Part shown: piece after piece, positions 26,111-40,970 of the stretch | Position numbering within the stretch: position 1 is the stretch's first letter | How the letters are laid out: every line of letters begins with the position of its first letter | Assembly (NCBI GenBank): GCA_951406725.2 | Contig: OX597815.1 | Location: forward strand, 141,112,001-141,176,000 | Source: Octopus vulgaris | Taxonomy: Eukaryota | Reading direction: 5' to 3' | DNA: 64,000 nt | The notes under the pieces: model-generated | Databases searched by the model: none | What the model saw: the letters and a program-made list of their open reading frames with translations, nothing else | Told to the model about the DNA's origin: nothing | Program-made: the position numbers and the translations under genes

Positions 26111-26885
26111 TATCAGACTATGGATGGTTAAATTACAAAAGGTATATAGCCCATTGTTGTACCATTCGAAACATTTTATTCTTTATATATATATATATAC
26201 ATACAATTTTTTATAACTTATCATTGGATGTAGTTTGTCTGATGTCGCTTGGTCAGATAAGGTATGTTCAAATTTTTTAAGTACTCTCAAATTAGAAATC
26301 TTGAAATACTGTACTGAAGAGCGAGAATGATAAAGTGGAAATGTAGTTTTTGCATTTTCCACATCTGTCTAACTGTGAATTCGTTATTTTTTTCTCCTTG
26401 CCTACGTGGGGTGTTGGGTATTGTTGTCTGGGAGATTTTCTTATGGTAGAGAAATAGCTAGTTTTAGCTGCTATTTCTAAATTTCGGTATGTAGTGAAGC
26501 AATTGTTTTTGCTGAACCCTTATTATAATTATACTTATAATTATAAAAAAATTTAAATTTTACCGATAATTTTTCTTTTAACATGCCGAACTACTTGGTA
26601 AGATTATTAATTATCAATTAATTAATTACTCTTACCCTTTATTATTATTGATATATATATTAGTCAGTAAATGGTGGGGGGGGGGGTGTTAATCGCACGT
26701 GGAGAAATGATAGGACAGGAAAAATAATAAGGTAGAATGCTAAATTGAAAGTAAATTTTAATAAAAATGGGTGTATGAAAAATTAAAAAAGAAAAAAAAT
26801 CAAATCGGTTTTCATTGCAAGGCAAATTTTCAAGATTGGAAGGGGAACAAAATTATTTTTCAATTGAAGAAGAGGAAAAAGAAAT

Positions 26886-27175
26886 TTACAATGATTTCTT
26901 CAAATTCAGAGCCTTCAAGTAAGAAGAGTTAGGGCATGCACATTTTTTAACTGATGGGGGTGAATGTAGTGTGTGAAGTTTGGCGTCTGTTAAGAGTTTT
27001 TTCAAAGATTTATGTTGCCTTTTGCATTTAAGGATTTTATGTGTATTGATAATATTATTCATGTTTGGGTCTGTGGACAGTAAGGGGGGGTTGTATGATT
27101 GTGGTGTATGCTTCGGTGTTTTGGGGGTTACCAAAATCGCATCAGGAATGAATATGCACAATGTTTTGGGTTGAG
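26886..27175 (-). mobile_element. PLE thumb/linker fragment (Neptune-like)
   Basis: LSTDPNMNNIINTHKILKCKRQHKSLKKLLTDAK...VKKCACP resembles the RQPKNLKxLL..KC..C linker that precedes GIY-YIG. Confidence 0.6.
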
Positions 27176-28987
27176 CCTGCTAATCATAAACGTAGCGATT
27201 TTTTGCAGCAGCAATGAGTTGTTTGTTTAATTTTGTAAACATGAACCAAAATTTCTGTTTAGACTCATTAATCTTAGGTTCCTTTGCCTGAAGAGACAGC
27301 TGGATCCAATCACTGTAGTGTTTCAGGATTTCCTCACATTAGTCAATCAAATGAGGATATATATTTTCTAAAAAATGATGTTTTCCGACACAGAACACAC
27401 CAACTATTAGCTAATTCATGTTCAGCTGAAAGGTAGTAAGAATGAATATGCACGTTCCTTCATATAGTAAAAAATAGTTTCGTTTTTTAATTTCCTGAGA
27501 TTTATAAGCTAGAGATCAATGATACTCTGAATGTTTTTATCAGATCCAAGATAATCCGCTGCAAATATTACTGTTAGTAATTATACGAAAGCAATATTAT
27601 ATAAATGTTATGGACAAGAGGTAAAATCAACTCTTGTATAGTGATATTACTCTGTCTCAGCATAGTAATATCAGGAGCAATAAAACAATTGAATATTGAC
27701 CTACCAGGCCATTGCACTATTCATAAGTTTTGACGTATCTTTGATCCAAGAATTTTACGATTAAATGATCACAGAAACCATTAAGTTGTATCAAAAGAGT
27801 GATCATATGCAATGAACCATTAACTTAGCTAAATCATCAGTACCAATGTAATAACTTTAACATCTTCATTTCAGTAAACATCAGTATTATTTCATTTGTC
27901 AGAATCGGATGTTCTGTGAGAGAATTCTAACAACTATTTTACTCTCGTTCCTTATTCCTCATAATCGGTTCAATGTTCTTTGAACTAAGCCAGTGAATTA
28001 GGCCGAGGAAAATATTGAATAATCAAACCCAATCTTACAATATATTAATTAAAATCTAATAGCGTTAGTGGTCTCCATATACATGATGATCTCTTCAAAG
28101 ACATTGTTTTATAGTCTATATACGAATTAATAAATTGAAAATAAAGGCAACTACTAATAAATTGTGTAGTGAGCGGAAATGACTTGAAAGAATTCTTTAC
28201 GCTAGAGAAAGTGTAAATCACTTAAGTTATTAAGCAAATCAGCTTGTTGCTACTTTAGATAAATACTCTACTTTTAATTAACTTATATCAATCTAAATCC
28301 TCAGACTTCAATAGATGTGGTGATATTTGTCACCTAGCTCTCTTCAAAAGAATTACAACGGCAGTTAAAGTAACTTATTTTCCTAGGAGAGGTGCGCAGA
28401 TATCGAATCTATGCAGATCTTATAGTGACATATTCTAACTGTGCCCGGCGATTCGTATACACTGTTAGAAAATTTACCAAATTATCGGGATAATTAAAGC
28501 AAATTTAATATAAATACTCTCATTATATTTTCTTCATACCACCCTCATTTTTGCCAGTTTCCAATTTTAACACCTTACCTGGTGTCTTACGCAACCAATC
28601 TCTCTCTACTAAATTTCTCTACTTTTAACTATTTTACCATTTTATCACAATTTCATTTATTAACCTGAGGAAAGCTAACTAACAGTCTTTCAAAACTTTC
28701 TAAGATTCAGTATAAAGCTAACCGTACGTGTTACAATTGACCGGGTGTGTTATCCCTACTTACGTGTTATAAGTATTTGGGCATTTAATGGTGATTGTGT
28801 ATGATAAAATTGATGAATGCGTTAAAAGTAATATGGTATGTAAATCAAATGATACTATTTTTTAATGGTAACAAGGTGAGTTATTAGAACAAATATTCCA
28901 ATTAGCAACAGATGAATGCGAAGGGCCCATTCTTAGATAGTAATTTCAATATGTATAGAAAACGTCCTACTATTAATGTTATGCACA

Positions 28988-29078
<91 letters not shown>

Positions 29079-30767
29079 TCTTTGATCATTTAACTAGTTC
29101 ATCTTCAAAGATGCGGTTATGTTGGGATGTCGAAGGTATAACTGTCATAACTTAGTTTCAGAAATCAAATAAGATCCATAGACGTTTCTTTCAAAATTTA
29201 GCGCATTGACTGCCATTTGTGTTTTATTAATATTTTTTGGGCTTTGACAAGTGTTTTAGGATTTAAAATAATATATAGTATTTAAATTTTCTTCATATGT
29301 GAATTATTTTGGAAATTATGATAATTTTTTGGGAAAAGCCCCAAATAGTGATCATAGAATAAAGGCATATTTATCCTCTTCTATTCGATTGCAATAATAA
29401 ACATGTTAGTTTTCTTTAAAACTATAGTACCAAAAGCGAATGTGTATGAAATATCAATGAATGATATAGATGGGAAATGAAAGAAAAACAAAAACAAAAA
29501 CAAACGTTTTCAAACAGTCAATATTTTTGTAGTTCAAAAATTGCGATTCATAGTATAAAATGTCCTCTAGAATTAACGAGATCTAATAATGATTAACTTC
29601 AACTACTAAATATTGTTAAGCACACTTCTGCATATGCAATATACATAAGCAATTCACTTTAAATACAATGAACAACCGGTAGTGAGACTGTTTTTAACAG
29701 ATCCCCAAATGGGTCTCATGACAGTCAATGGGTTAATAGTACACAGTACCACCTGCAATTATGATACGTAAAAATATAAATTGTAAATATAAAAAAAAAC
29801 GAAGATAGAAAATCATTGGAAAAAAATTAAAACGGAATAATTCATTGAAACACATTACAATACGTATAGATACTTTATCTGCGTATGTAATAAGCAAAAT
29901 AGTCGAGAGTGAACACTGGACAAGCAAAGGTGAAATTCACAAAATATATATTATTTTTTTGTTTTCAATATGTAAAAATGACTGCATAGTTTAGAGCAAG
30001 AGAAAAGGTGTTCTAATGTAAGCTGGGCGAATGACAAATAACTCAGCAGTTTCAATCGTGAAGTGAAACCCTATCAATAACATTGATTATTTGAGTGGTA
30101 TTTTTTTTTTAAATAATAAAACAGTATAAAGCATTTCGATCGCCAAAATATTCCGGGCCATAACATCTACGTATGTGATAAGCAAAAGGAAACGTGCTGA
30201 AGTGTTTGAAAGAAAATTACAGCTGAAAAAGGGGGAAAATAAAATATGGAATCATTTATTTTTCTTCATAAAGTATTTCATGGTCTAAGCTCTTTCTTTT
30301 ATATATCTGTATTTGATACGTACATAATCTAAAAGATTGTAACTGTTTTTTTTTTTTCAAGTGATATTCATCTGTAAGACTGTAATATTTATTAAATTGC
30401 AGGCATGTTCTTTTGCTTCTTAAAACGAAATAATATGCAACACAACATTAAATCTTCAAAGAGGTATTTTAGACACATAAATGTGCGCGCGCACGCACAC
30501 ACACATACACGCACAAACACACACATATATATATATATATATATTGATAAACATATACCTATATATAAATAATTTACAAGATAAGGGAAGAAGAAAATAT
30601 ATATATAAATATATATTTGTATTTTGTGTATATATATAAATATATATACACCAAAATTTAGACGTATATAAAAACATATAGACATATACATATGTATATA
30701 TGTACATATATGCATATACACGAATATATGAACATACACATACATGCATATATACACATATACATAC

Positions 30768-30804
<37 letters not shown>

Positions 30805-31153
30805 AATGTGCGTGTGTGTGGGTGGGTGTATTTATGTACGTATATATATAGTTCTGTTAGTTGTTTTTCTGTGTTTGTGTGTGTGTGTGTTTACTAAATT
30901 ACTATATGGGAGCTATAAGAAAATACAAAAAAAAAGAACACAAGAGGGGTGAAATATAGTGAAAGAGAAGCAGAGACATTCAGAAGCAAATGCAAAGGAA
31001 ATCACCAGGGAGAATTACATTAAATTCAAAGACTTGATCGCTGGAACAATGTGAATGTAAAACTGCTGCTGTTGGCGGCGATTGATTTAATAACAAAATG
31101 AATGCATGTAATAATATATATGAAAATGTAAAGAGAACAACTAATCTAATAGG

Positions 31154-31170
31154 AAAATAGAAGAATACGT

Positions 31171-31248
<78 letters not shown>

Positions 31249-31270
31249 GCAAAAACAGCAACAACAACAA
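31154..31270. repeat. (TAA)n/(CAA)n microsatellite
   Basis: Directly visible. Confidence 0.95.
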
Positions 31271-31429
31271 TTATAATAACGATGATGAGAAAAAGAAAGA
31301 GAAGTGGCAAGAGGAGAAGAAGAAAAAGAATGGTCGGGGGTGAAGTAGCAAGAAGATATTAGTAAGTAGTAAGTTTGAAAACAATATAGATAGTTTGTGA
31401 TGTGATAAAGGAAACGAATAATGCTTGTA

Positions 31430-31485
<56 letters not shown>

Positions 31486-31639
31486 GTACAGAGAGAGAGA
31501 GAGAGAGATAAAGAGAGAGAGAAAGCTAAAGAGAGAGAGATAAAGAAAGAGAGAGAGAGAGTAGATATATACATGTTACGATGGTTAAAATTTCTCTATT
31601 TTATATTTTAATTTCGCTCATGCGTATTTTTTCTTCTTG

Positions 31640-32320
31640 ATTTTGTTGACTACACACTATAGTAGGGTCTGTTGGGCACCGTCTGTGAGAAAAGAACACG
31701 ACGACGCAATTCACTCTGCCAGAAATTTGGAAATGACATGTTGTACTGCTTGGCATTCACGCCAGAAGCTCCAATACGAAAATGTAAGAGTGCTTGGATG
31801 TCAATCTGAGGACATGTACCGAGAGTTATAAAAGTCAAACATCCAGTCAACATCATAGTGTTTGGAGTGATCACTAGTGGTGGCGAGGTTATGCCTCCAT
31901 TTATCTTCTCCCTCAACACGGAGGCTAACATCAAATGCCTGGAGGATGTAGTGCTGCCTTGAATAAAAGAGGGTGGCTGCTGGAAGACCATATGTGTGGC
32001 AACAGAACTTTGCACCATGTAACACACACCAGTAGGAGAACACAGTAATTGCTGTCAGGCAATCTTTGTAACCATATTACCCCTAACATCTGTCTACCAA
32101 ACTCCCCAGACTGCAAGCCCCTTGATTATTATGTGTGGGGCGCAGTTGAGCCGGAGACCAACAAAACACCTTGTAACACCAAAGATGAACTGAAAGCAAG
32201 GATTATGTTAGCGTTCACCATGTTAAACAAGGAGACCGTCCAGAGGAGTTGCAGTAGATTCCGAAGTTGTCTGAAGAATGCGGTAATGGTAATTTTATTG
32301 AATAAATTTTCTATTTAGTA
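31640..32320 (+). mobile_element. Tc1/mariner maT-like (DD37D) transposase relic
   Basis: KVKHPVNIIVFGVITSGGEVMPPFIF...YVWQQNFAP...PNSPDCKPLDYYVWGAVE..TNKTP...CSRFRSCL. Confidence 0.85.
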
Positions 32321-33750
32321 CAATGACATATGTCGCTGCCTCTATATCAACACTGATTCACGTGAGAGGCTATCTACAATCATATTCATTGTGCAGGGTG
32401 CGCAGCTACAACAAACTCTTTGAGTATGTAAAATAAATATGTTAGGGAAGTTGTTCATCCGGGGAAAATGTTTATGATAAAATGCTACTTACACACGGAG
32501 AAAGGGTGGTATTTTCTCTTAGTCGGTTTAGAGCCCCTTGTGTAGCTGTCCATAGAATTAAAACAACTGGCGTGTAGTGTTTCATTGTATAATAGGGTAG
32601 CAGTATCAAAAATCTTTACCCAAAGACAGGTTGGAGTTTCTTCTGCTAAACACTGTAATGAAGTGGCAGAAAGCTGCATTAAAGTAGGTCCGTTTTTTAA
32701 TTTGACTCCTAAGAGAGCTTGGAAACTTTGAGAACAAGTTTCTAAGTTTATTGTCAGGACAAGGAAATAGATATTTTAAGGTTGTTTATTATTGAGACCT
32801 TGTCGTCACGAAAAGTCAGGTTATGGGTTAGATCTTTGCAAAACGTATCGACTATGTGATCATTTATCTCTCTCAATATTGCCTAATAATAATCTCTTTA
32901 GTGGCAAAAGTTAGTCGAGGGGAATTTCTTATCGAGTAGGTTCGAAATGAAAACCCATAAAGCTTACACATTTCACACTGGTAAAGACACCCCTTTCGTT
33001 AAGTAAATGGAGCTCTCTTTGTCAGGGCCCTTGGTGCAAGGCAGCCTCTTTCTGAAAATCAAGGCTTTTCTGGATGCATGATAATGCTTATACCCTCATT
33101 TCTATCGTTAGTCGGGGTCCTAGCAAAATCCATTGCCCTCTGATAGGCCTTGACCTGCACCTGCCGCTACACATGCAAACCCTCTGATGACCTCGCTAGT
33201 ATCGCCTCAAATTGTAAGGTCGGAATCTTTTCTAGCGTCATTTTTTTATCCTACTTATCAGCCATGCGCTTACCAGGTTGATATCCTGGGTGGAACAGTT
33301 GACATTTGGTTTAGAGGCAAATTTGATTTAAACCTTTGATTGTTATAAAGACACATTTTTGCTAGTGTTTTGTCCTCACATCGATTACCTACATGGTTAT
33401 CATTATAAAAGGCTTGTCTGCAATGCTGTTGTTTAGTAACTGCGTATGTATCTTCAGCTTCTCGATACAAGTTGTTAGATTTGTCTGTTAAAAAGTTAGA
33501 CACTATCAGGCATCATAGGTCTACGAAAACCTGTCCTAAGTTTACACTGGAAAATCCAGAGAATTTACAGAATTTTATCTACCGGAATATAATGTCCGAG
33601 ATGTGTTGAAAGTCCTAGATCTTTGGTATCCTGGGTGTGAATTGATTTGATCTCAGGCTCTGCGGGTAGTTTAGTTTGGTGGAAGGTATATGTTGGTCCT
33701 CCTGATATAGGTTTGATGCGTATGTTGAGGTTAAAGAGAGGGTATTATAA

Positions 33751-33950
<200 letters not shown>

Positions 33951-34984
33951 ATGGCCGTGAAAGAAGATTAATGGTTGAAAGCTCTGCAAAGTTTGAAAAA
34001 ATTCGTTATCCCAACGTTTATTCAAATGTTTATACGTGTAATGTGTTGTACCGTACTTTTATAAGCTATCTAATAAATTTTTGTGACGTTTGCTTCTTTC
34101 AAATTCAGCCCTTCGTGGTCTGAAATTGCTTTTCATTTTCAAATTGACCATATTTGAAAGAAATGATAGCGTCGGATTCTTCAACAAACAACAAGATAAA
34201 AAAACAAATTGATAAAACGTCCCTATTATTGGCTAAAACAAACATTAACAGCACCAGCACCAGCATTACTACACAGCCAGTGTCATTCGAAACGACAACA
34301 ATAACAACAACAAATTAACAACAGCAACATCAAGGCAAACGAGAAAGAACCTCTACGGAAACACAAATGTGAGTACAGCCTGAAAATTTTTAAATGTCCG
34401 ACCAACATATGCCAACATATTCCACCTCCGCCACCACCATCAGAAGAAAGATCTTCCCTAATGTTTTTCTCCGAAATCACCATCCCGAGCGATCAATTAA
34501 ACCAGGTAAAACACATGATGACGAAGCAATGAAAACACATAAATTTTAAAATCCTGTTCTCCGTCCAACAGGAGACAAAATCAAAAACGGGGAATTATAA
34601 AACACTTAATTCGAAAACTAAGGAATTAAAAAGGCGACACAAAAAGGAAAGAAAATGACTAATTCCAGTAAGCAATATCAAAAGTTACTTCGCCAGTGAG
34701 AGAGTGTGATATGGTAGAGGTAAGATACTTTACGAAAGAAGGTGCGATAAAAACATACGACGACGATGCTGAACATTTAAGAAATGGTGCTCATACCAGT
34801 TTACTTTGGCTGAAGTGTCTAAAAAATTAAAATAATTGGACAATATATCAGAAATCGACGTGTGCTGGTTGGTGTCGTTAGTTCTCTTCTATGTGGAAGA
34901 GAAAACCAGAATTCTGCAAATACAGTGGCTACGGAAACAGAACTAATCAGGGTACGGCACAACTTTATATGACACTAGAGTCAG

Positions 34985-37290
34985 TATTACTTGTATGGTG
35001 ATTTGAATCCCCTTAAGGCACCTAGTGCACTTGGATTGGGAAATGTCACAGGACTTGTCTCTGACACCATTTTCTGGGATTTGTATTCGTAACAGTCTTG
35101 CCATTTTTCACACAGTTTCCAAAGCAACATTTTCGCTACCATATCATGTTGCTACCACATCCTGTGTTGGCTTTAAGCAAGTAGACGGCAGTCATTCTCA
35201 TTGATTTCGTCATATCTAGTACAAATTCGGCAATAAAGATATTTGCACAGTTCTAAGGATAAGCCACGAATTTGTGGTCAAAGAGTCATCTTGCACTGCA
35301 ACTATACTGCTCTCACTTCCCTTTTTAAGTGTTCCTGCTTTTAATCAGTCCCACCAAAGTTCTGCTTCTTTATCTCCTCCTCTTACATCCTGCTTCGTTT
35401 TCTTCTTGTCTTCTTACTTTCAATAAGTCCTCATATTATCACTTACAATTCCATTAGAAATGTTGATTCACTTTCGGTTTATTGTTGTTGTTGTTGTTGT
35501 TGTTTTTGTTGTAGTATTTGGGGATTCTTGTGTCGCTGGTTTTAGGGAGTATGTATGTTATCTCTAAGGCTAATTAGCTTGGAGTATTTTCGGTTTTTCC
35601 GATGATATCAGAGAGACATTTAATTAACTGACAGTGAGATGATGAGTATCTATTAAGCCAGAGGTTTGGAATTTTATCATGTCCAGGAGACTTCTACATG
35701 TGAGTTTTATATAGAGCTTGAATTGGTTTCTGTATTGTTGCATCGTCCCATCTGTGTTCTTCAATCTCAGTCATTTTTCTTCTTTCCATACCTATCCTCT
35801 CTCCATACCCATGCTGAATTCCTTTCTGTCGCTCAATGCTTTTCCAAAATGTCATTACTTCTTTTATACCAGGTGGGTCTTTCACTTCGATCGACTACTT
35901 CCCTTACTCTCTGGAGAATTTCTTTTAGCATCAGTTTTATATATTCTATTTTGTCTGCAAAATTTGTTTCTTTTTTCATGCTTAAGTAAGTGTTAGACCA
36001 TAACCTACATTTTATGCTTAACAGTCTTTTGCTCTCACACGTTTATCAGATTGTATTTTTCCTTTATCTTTCTAGCCGTTGTCGTCTTTACATTATAAAT
36101 TTTGCAAAGTTCGTCTAAGATCGATAATTCCCTCCGGAAGCTCTCGATTTCCTTATTCAAGCGCTCTTTCTACCTTGATGGCTCATCTTTTCTCTGAACT
36201 GTTTTTTAATATCTTGACACCTATCTTCTTTGTGGTAGCAATAGCTGTTGAGTATAAAAGATGGTTTAATGAGGTTAAAACTTTCTCCGTTTCAAGGAGA
36301 AGTTGCTTCAGGGCACATTAATAAATTTTGACCGTGCAGTGGTTTGATTTGGCGTTCTGAAACTTTGGTAATTGATCTCTCATTCGAATCTAGATATTTA
36401 GAAATACCTAGCTCTCTCAGGATGTCGTTTTCGCCTCAAGTATTTTCTCTCTATTGGCTTCAGTGTCTGCGTCAGACACTGCAGCTTCAACTTCATTCCT
36501 ACTTGTTATTTTACTTTCAGTTCGACGAACTACTACTTCAGATTCTAAACTGTCTAAATCAACATCATGTTCAGGGGTGTTTTTATCAACAGGTTGCATA
36601 TTTACCTGTTCGATATTCCAAGTGCTTGCAGCTTACGCTTCAGCTTGATTTTCTGAAATGGTGGGGACATTATTTTTTATTGTCTCTAATTCCGTCGGTG
36701 CTAGATATTTATTACGTACGATGTCTCTGCGTACTTTGGTTATTTTGTTTACACCAATATAACCACGGATGTCATCCTCTATCATTTCTCTCCAAGTATT
36801 GAAACACAACTGAGTTTTATTGCCCTGGTTGGTTCAGTGCTGTGTAAAATGAAGTCATTACTTGCTCATACTCCTCTTTGTCCATCTACTTTTAGTGGTC
36901 TTTGTACGTTTGTTTTATTTGCTGTGTCTTAAAGTGTCACGATTGATTTCTCGGTTCTGATTTTCCTCAAGAACATTTTCCGAAGAGTTTGCCCCAATTT
37001 TCAGCTTTTCGACCTCGGGTTGTTTCCTCCCTAGGGGACGCAACCCTTGGCGACCCAAATGATGGACGATGCAGAATAATCAGTTTCTAGTTGGCAATTT
37101 GCATTAAGAATGCATTTTAACTTTAGTAGCAAGGAATGCTTTTCGTCATAACTCTAGACAGATTTGCTTCATCAAGCTTGGAGGGGGTCTACCTTCATTT
37201 AGATGGGATGAGCTGCGTTGGCCATTAACACAGTATTCACATCCCGAAGCGGTTTTTTGAGCTTCTTTCTTTTTATATTACTTGGGAAGT
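34985..37290 (-). mobile_element. Decayed, internally deleted R4/Dong-type element including its 5' region
   Basis: N-terminal GRQGLRPLGRKQPEVEKL aligns with GQQGPRYPVGNQTGVEKF of the 44-48 kb ORF; DPPGIKEVMTFWKSI aligns with DPPKIEEVEEFWKKV; C-terminal LKAGTLK, AVQDDSL and HDMVAKMLLWKLC remnants. Confidence 0.8.
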
Positions 37291-38093
37291 TCAAACTTCC
37301 CGTATTGTATTGCATCAGTATGCCTTGTTTTGGGGCTTGTGTTTCAGTTTTTTGTTTTATTAGTGTGTGTATTGTCAGCTGAACGTGTTGCGAGTTGTGT
37401 TCTTCATTTGGATAACGGCAGCAACATTGAGAGATGGGTCCGTCTGTTCAGTGTTAACTTTTTGACAGATCATAGCCTCCTGCCACATCCTGGACCTTCG
37501 TTGGTATCACAATTGCCCAATGTATACAGAACGAAATTCACCGCTATTTCCTGAAAGATGTATCAACGAGTAGTGCGTAGTCCTTTCAAGAGATTAAAAA
37601 GAAATTAAAGAAACTTGTTGCAACTTTCATAAATTGCTTTTAAATACAGTGCGCCTGATACTTCTTTGTTTTGTTTACTTATGGAGGCCTCTGCGTATTC
37701 GTGTGTAAATTGTATAGACACAAACATTATATTGGTTGATGTATAATCAAGGAATAACAATGTGCATATGTGTATAATGGGAATGCATACATATGAGCAG
37801 TTCTAGTACTCATAGTTTCGTTCACAATTCCGAGGTAAATATTTGTCTCAGCCCCTCCCTTTGTTTACACTTCCACCCATAAATAGTGCTGCAACAACGC
37901 AGTTTTGATATCATGATTCCATCTGTTATTAACCAAATTTTTAAAACTCGTTGATTTTCCTAGTATTACGAAGTAGATTTCTTTCGCTTTTCAGTTGTTT
38001 CATAAATGCAGCTTGATGATGCTCTCAGATTTCATCTTTCCTCCAAGGGAGCTCCTCCAGAATTTCAGCGATTGTGCCTTAAGTAGAAAGGAT

Positions 38094-38147
<54 letters not shown>

Positions 38148-38183
38148 CACCACTGCCACCACCACCACCACCACCACCACCAT

Positions 38184-38260
<77 letters not shown>

Positions 38261-38277
38261 TTATTGTTGTTGTTGTT
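38094..38277. repeat. (TAC)n-(CAC)n-(TAC)n-(TGT)n compound microsatellite
   Basis: Directly visible. Confidence 0.95.
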
Positions 38278-38459
38278 CAACATTTGGTAGTTTCAGGCAA
38301 ATTTCTGCTGCATCACCTGCTACATTTCTGTGTTACTGGGGTGTGTTCAGCATTGAGTGTTCTTTTTTGTTGTTGAGGAGTATTGCGTTAGATTCTTTGT
38401 TATGGTGTCTGGTGCAGTCTTCTGGATTACCAACACGCTGGTTTTATTTATTTTATTAG

Positions 38460-38917
38460 ATATTTGCTATATAGAAAGTGTCTTGTGTTTAGGGATTGTA
38501 AGATTTGCGTTGTATTATTAAATTCATAGTGCCTTGCGTGGGATGTAGGCTGTTCCGAGTAGGGCTACTTTTTGGATGGCATGTAGTATTGAGTGTCCAG
38601 GTATAGCTTCTAAACTGTCATTCATGCATTTTTATCGTGCCTAGTGTGCAATTATTGATTTTATTGTTTTCACCTTCATGTCCTACATCTTGAATACTTC
38701 AATTTCGATGCCTTTGTACTTTGACAATTTCTCTACTTCTTTTTGGGCAATATTTTGGTCAGGAGGGACTGCACTGTCTAATACTCAACTGGTTCTTTTT
38801 TCCAGTCCTTGGTTATTATATCAGGGTGATTAATTTATATTTCTTTGTCAGATGATTGTCATATCATGTACCTTGTTTTGTACAAGCTTATACCATTTAT
38901 GTTTTTATGTTGTAGTG

Positions 38918-38920
<3 letters not shown>
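38460..38920 (-). mobile_element. R4/Dong-type 3' fragment
   Basis: RLE remnants (HPDIITKD, VPPDQNI..KEVEKLSKYKGIEIEV, IQKVALLGTAYI); 5' break abuts (TTA)n at 38920-38995. Confidence 0.8.
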
Positions 38921-38995
<75 letters not shown>

Positions 38996-39199
38996 GAGCA
39001 TCTTCATTCAATTCTGTTTCCATGTGTTGCTGCGTGCCTTCCTGACACCTAGCGCAGAGGCACGTACTATATAGATTGGTAGGCCATTAAAATGACCTAC
39101 CAGATTGTTCATTTGCAAAGTCATGTGATACACCAAAAGGGTATGAAAGACAGAAAGGAAAAAGGTAAAAATAAAAATACAAAAATGAAACAAACATAA

Positions 39200-39630
39200 G
39201 CGCAGGAGAGGCTGTATGGTAAGTAGCTTGCTTACCAACTACATGGTTCCCGATTCAGTCCCACTGCGTGGCACCTTCGGCAAGTGTCTTCTACTATAGC
39301 CACGGGCCGGCCAAAGCCTTGTGAGTGGATTTGGTAGACGGAAACTGAAAGAAGCCCATCTTGTATATATATGTGTTTGTGTGTGTGTCTGTATATATGT
39401 ATAAGTTTGTGTTTCCGCGTTTGTCCCTCCACCATCGCTAGACAACCGCTGTTAGTATGTTTTCGTCCCTACAACCTAAGAGTTCCTATTTCTTAAGAGT
39501 CCCTAACAAAAATAGACCGATAGAATAATAACTAGTCTTGCAAAGAATAAGTCCTGTGGTCGATTTGTTCGACTAAATGCGGTGCCCCAGCACGACCGCA
39601 GTCAAAATGACTGAAATAAATAAAAGAATA
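39200..39630 (+). mobile_element. Full-length tRNA-derived SINE
   Basis: Head with A-box-like GGCTGTATGG and B-box-like GATTCAGTCCC, conserved body, internal (TG)n, 3' stem-loop CAGTCA-aaa-TGACTG and A-rich end; other copies in the window. Confidence 0.85.
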
Positions 39631-39679
39631 TAAGACTACAGAAGATAAAGTGGGTAAAAAGGAAAGAAAATTCCAGAGA

Positions 39680-40012
39680 CAATTTTCTTCTGAATACATG
39701 TGACGTACCCGTTAAAGCAATCTGTTGCACCTCCTGCATGGATGGTAAGCTATGGATCATTATTAAATAATTTTCAGTTCCTTTGTTGATCATTCCAAGT
39801 GCTCCTACAATCACTGGTATTGTAATCGTCTTGTGATGCCCCATCTTTTCGATTTCGATTCGCAAATCTTTGCATTTTCTGAGCTTCTCAAATTCTTTTC
39901 CCGAGATGTCATTATCACAGGATATGCTCATGTCAATCAATAAACAAACATTAGTGTTTTTGTCATTCACAAAAATATTTGGTTTATTTGCTTTGATGGT
40001 CCGGTCTGAACA
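39680..40012 (-). mobile_element. R4/Dong-type 3' fragment
   Basis: DRTIKANKPNIFVND...LIDMSIS...KEFEKLRKCKDLRIEIEKM...TIPVIVGALGMI...LTGTSHVFRRKLS, close to ORF 43987-44877. Confidence 0.88.
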
Positions 40013-40074
40013 TACCGAGAAGACTACCCGCCTGATAAGCGCAGGAGTGGCTGTATGATAAGGAACATGCATCA

Positions 40075-40508
40075 CAATCGTATGTGTGCAACATCGTGAT
40101 CTCGTATCAAGATAAATAGCGCATCACCTTGCAGATGGAGCCCAGTTATAATTTTCTTCTGGTCAAGTAGCCTATTCAGCTCAAAAGGTCCCTGAATAAG
40201 GATTGTTTATGGATGTTAAGGGTGAATTATCCAAACCTCTAAGAATTCCTTTCAACAGCCGGCTATGATGCTCCCCAACTACTTCTGCTCATGATCAGAG
40301 ATGCACATATCTTCAGCCACTATATGACATGCTCAACTGGTTAAGATCAAACAACTGACAAGCAAATCTGTGTTATTAAGCAGAATATTTGTTGTATTTG
40401 CCCATCTTTTATACCAAAACAAAACAAAACAATGTACATAATAACGTTTCCAATCAGTTAAGATCAGATTCCATGAGAGCCACTACCTGGTACTGCATCA
40501 GGGCATTT
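40075..40508. repeat. Unclassified interspersed repeat abutting (TTA)n
   Basis: 40386-40508 recurs at 58562-58673; both end gggcattt and run into (TTA)n. Confidence 0.7.

Positions 40509-40970
<462 letters not shown>

Noticed and set aside
26314-26346. CTGAAGA...GAAATGTA near a PLE fragment; similar partial motifs near 8348, 27288 and 28665
   Set aside because: Stem I or GAAA is missing; too weak to call individually.
39200-39275. tRNA-like A and B boxes
   Set aside because: SINE head without a cloverleaf; not a tRNA gene.
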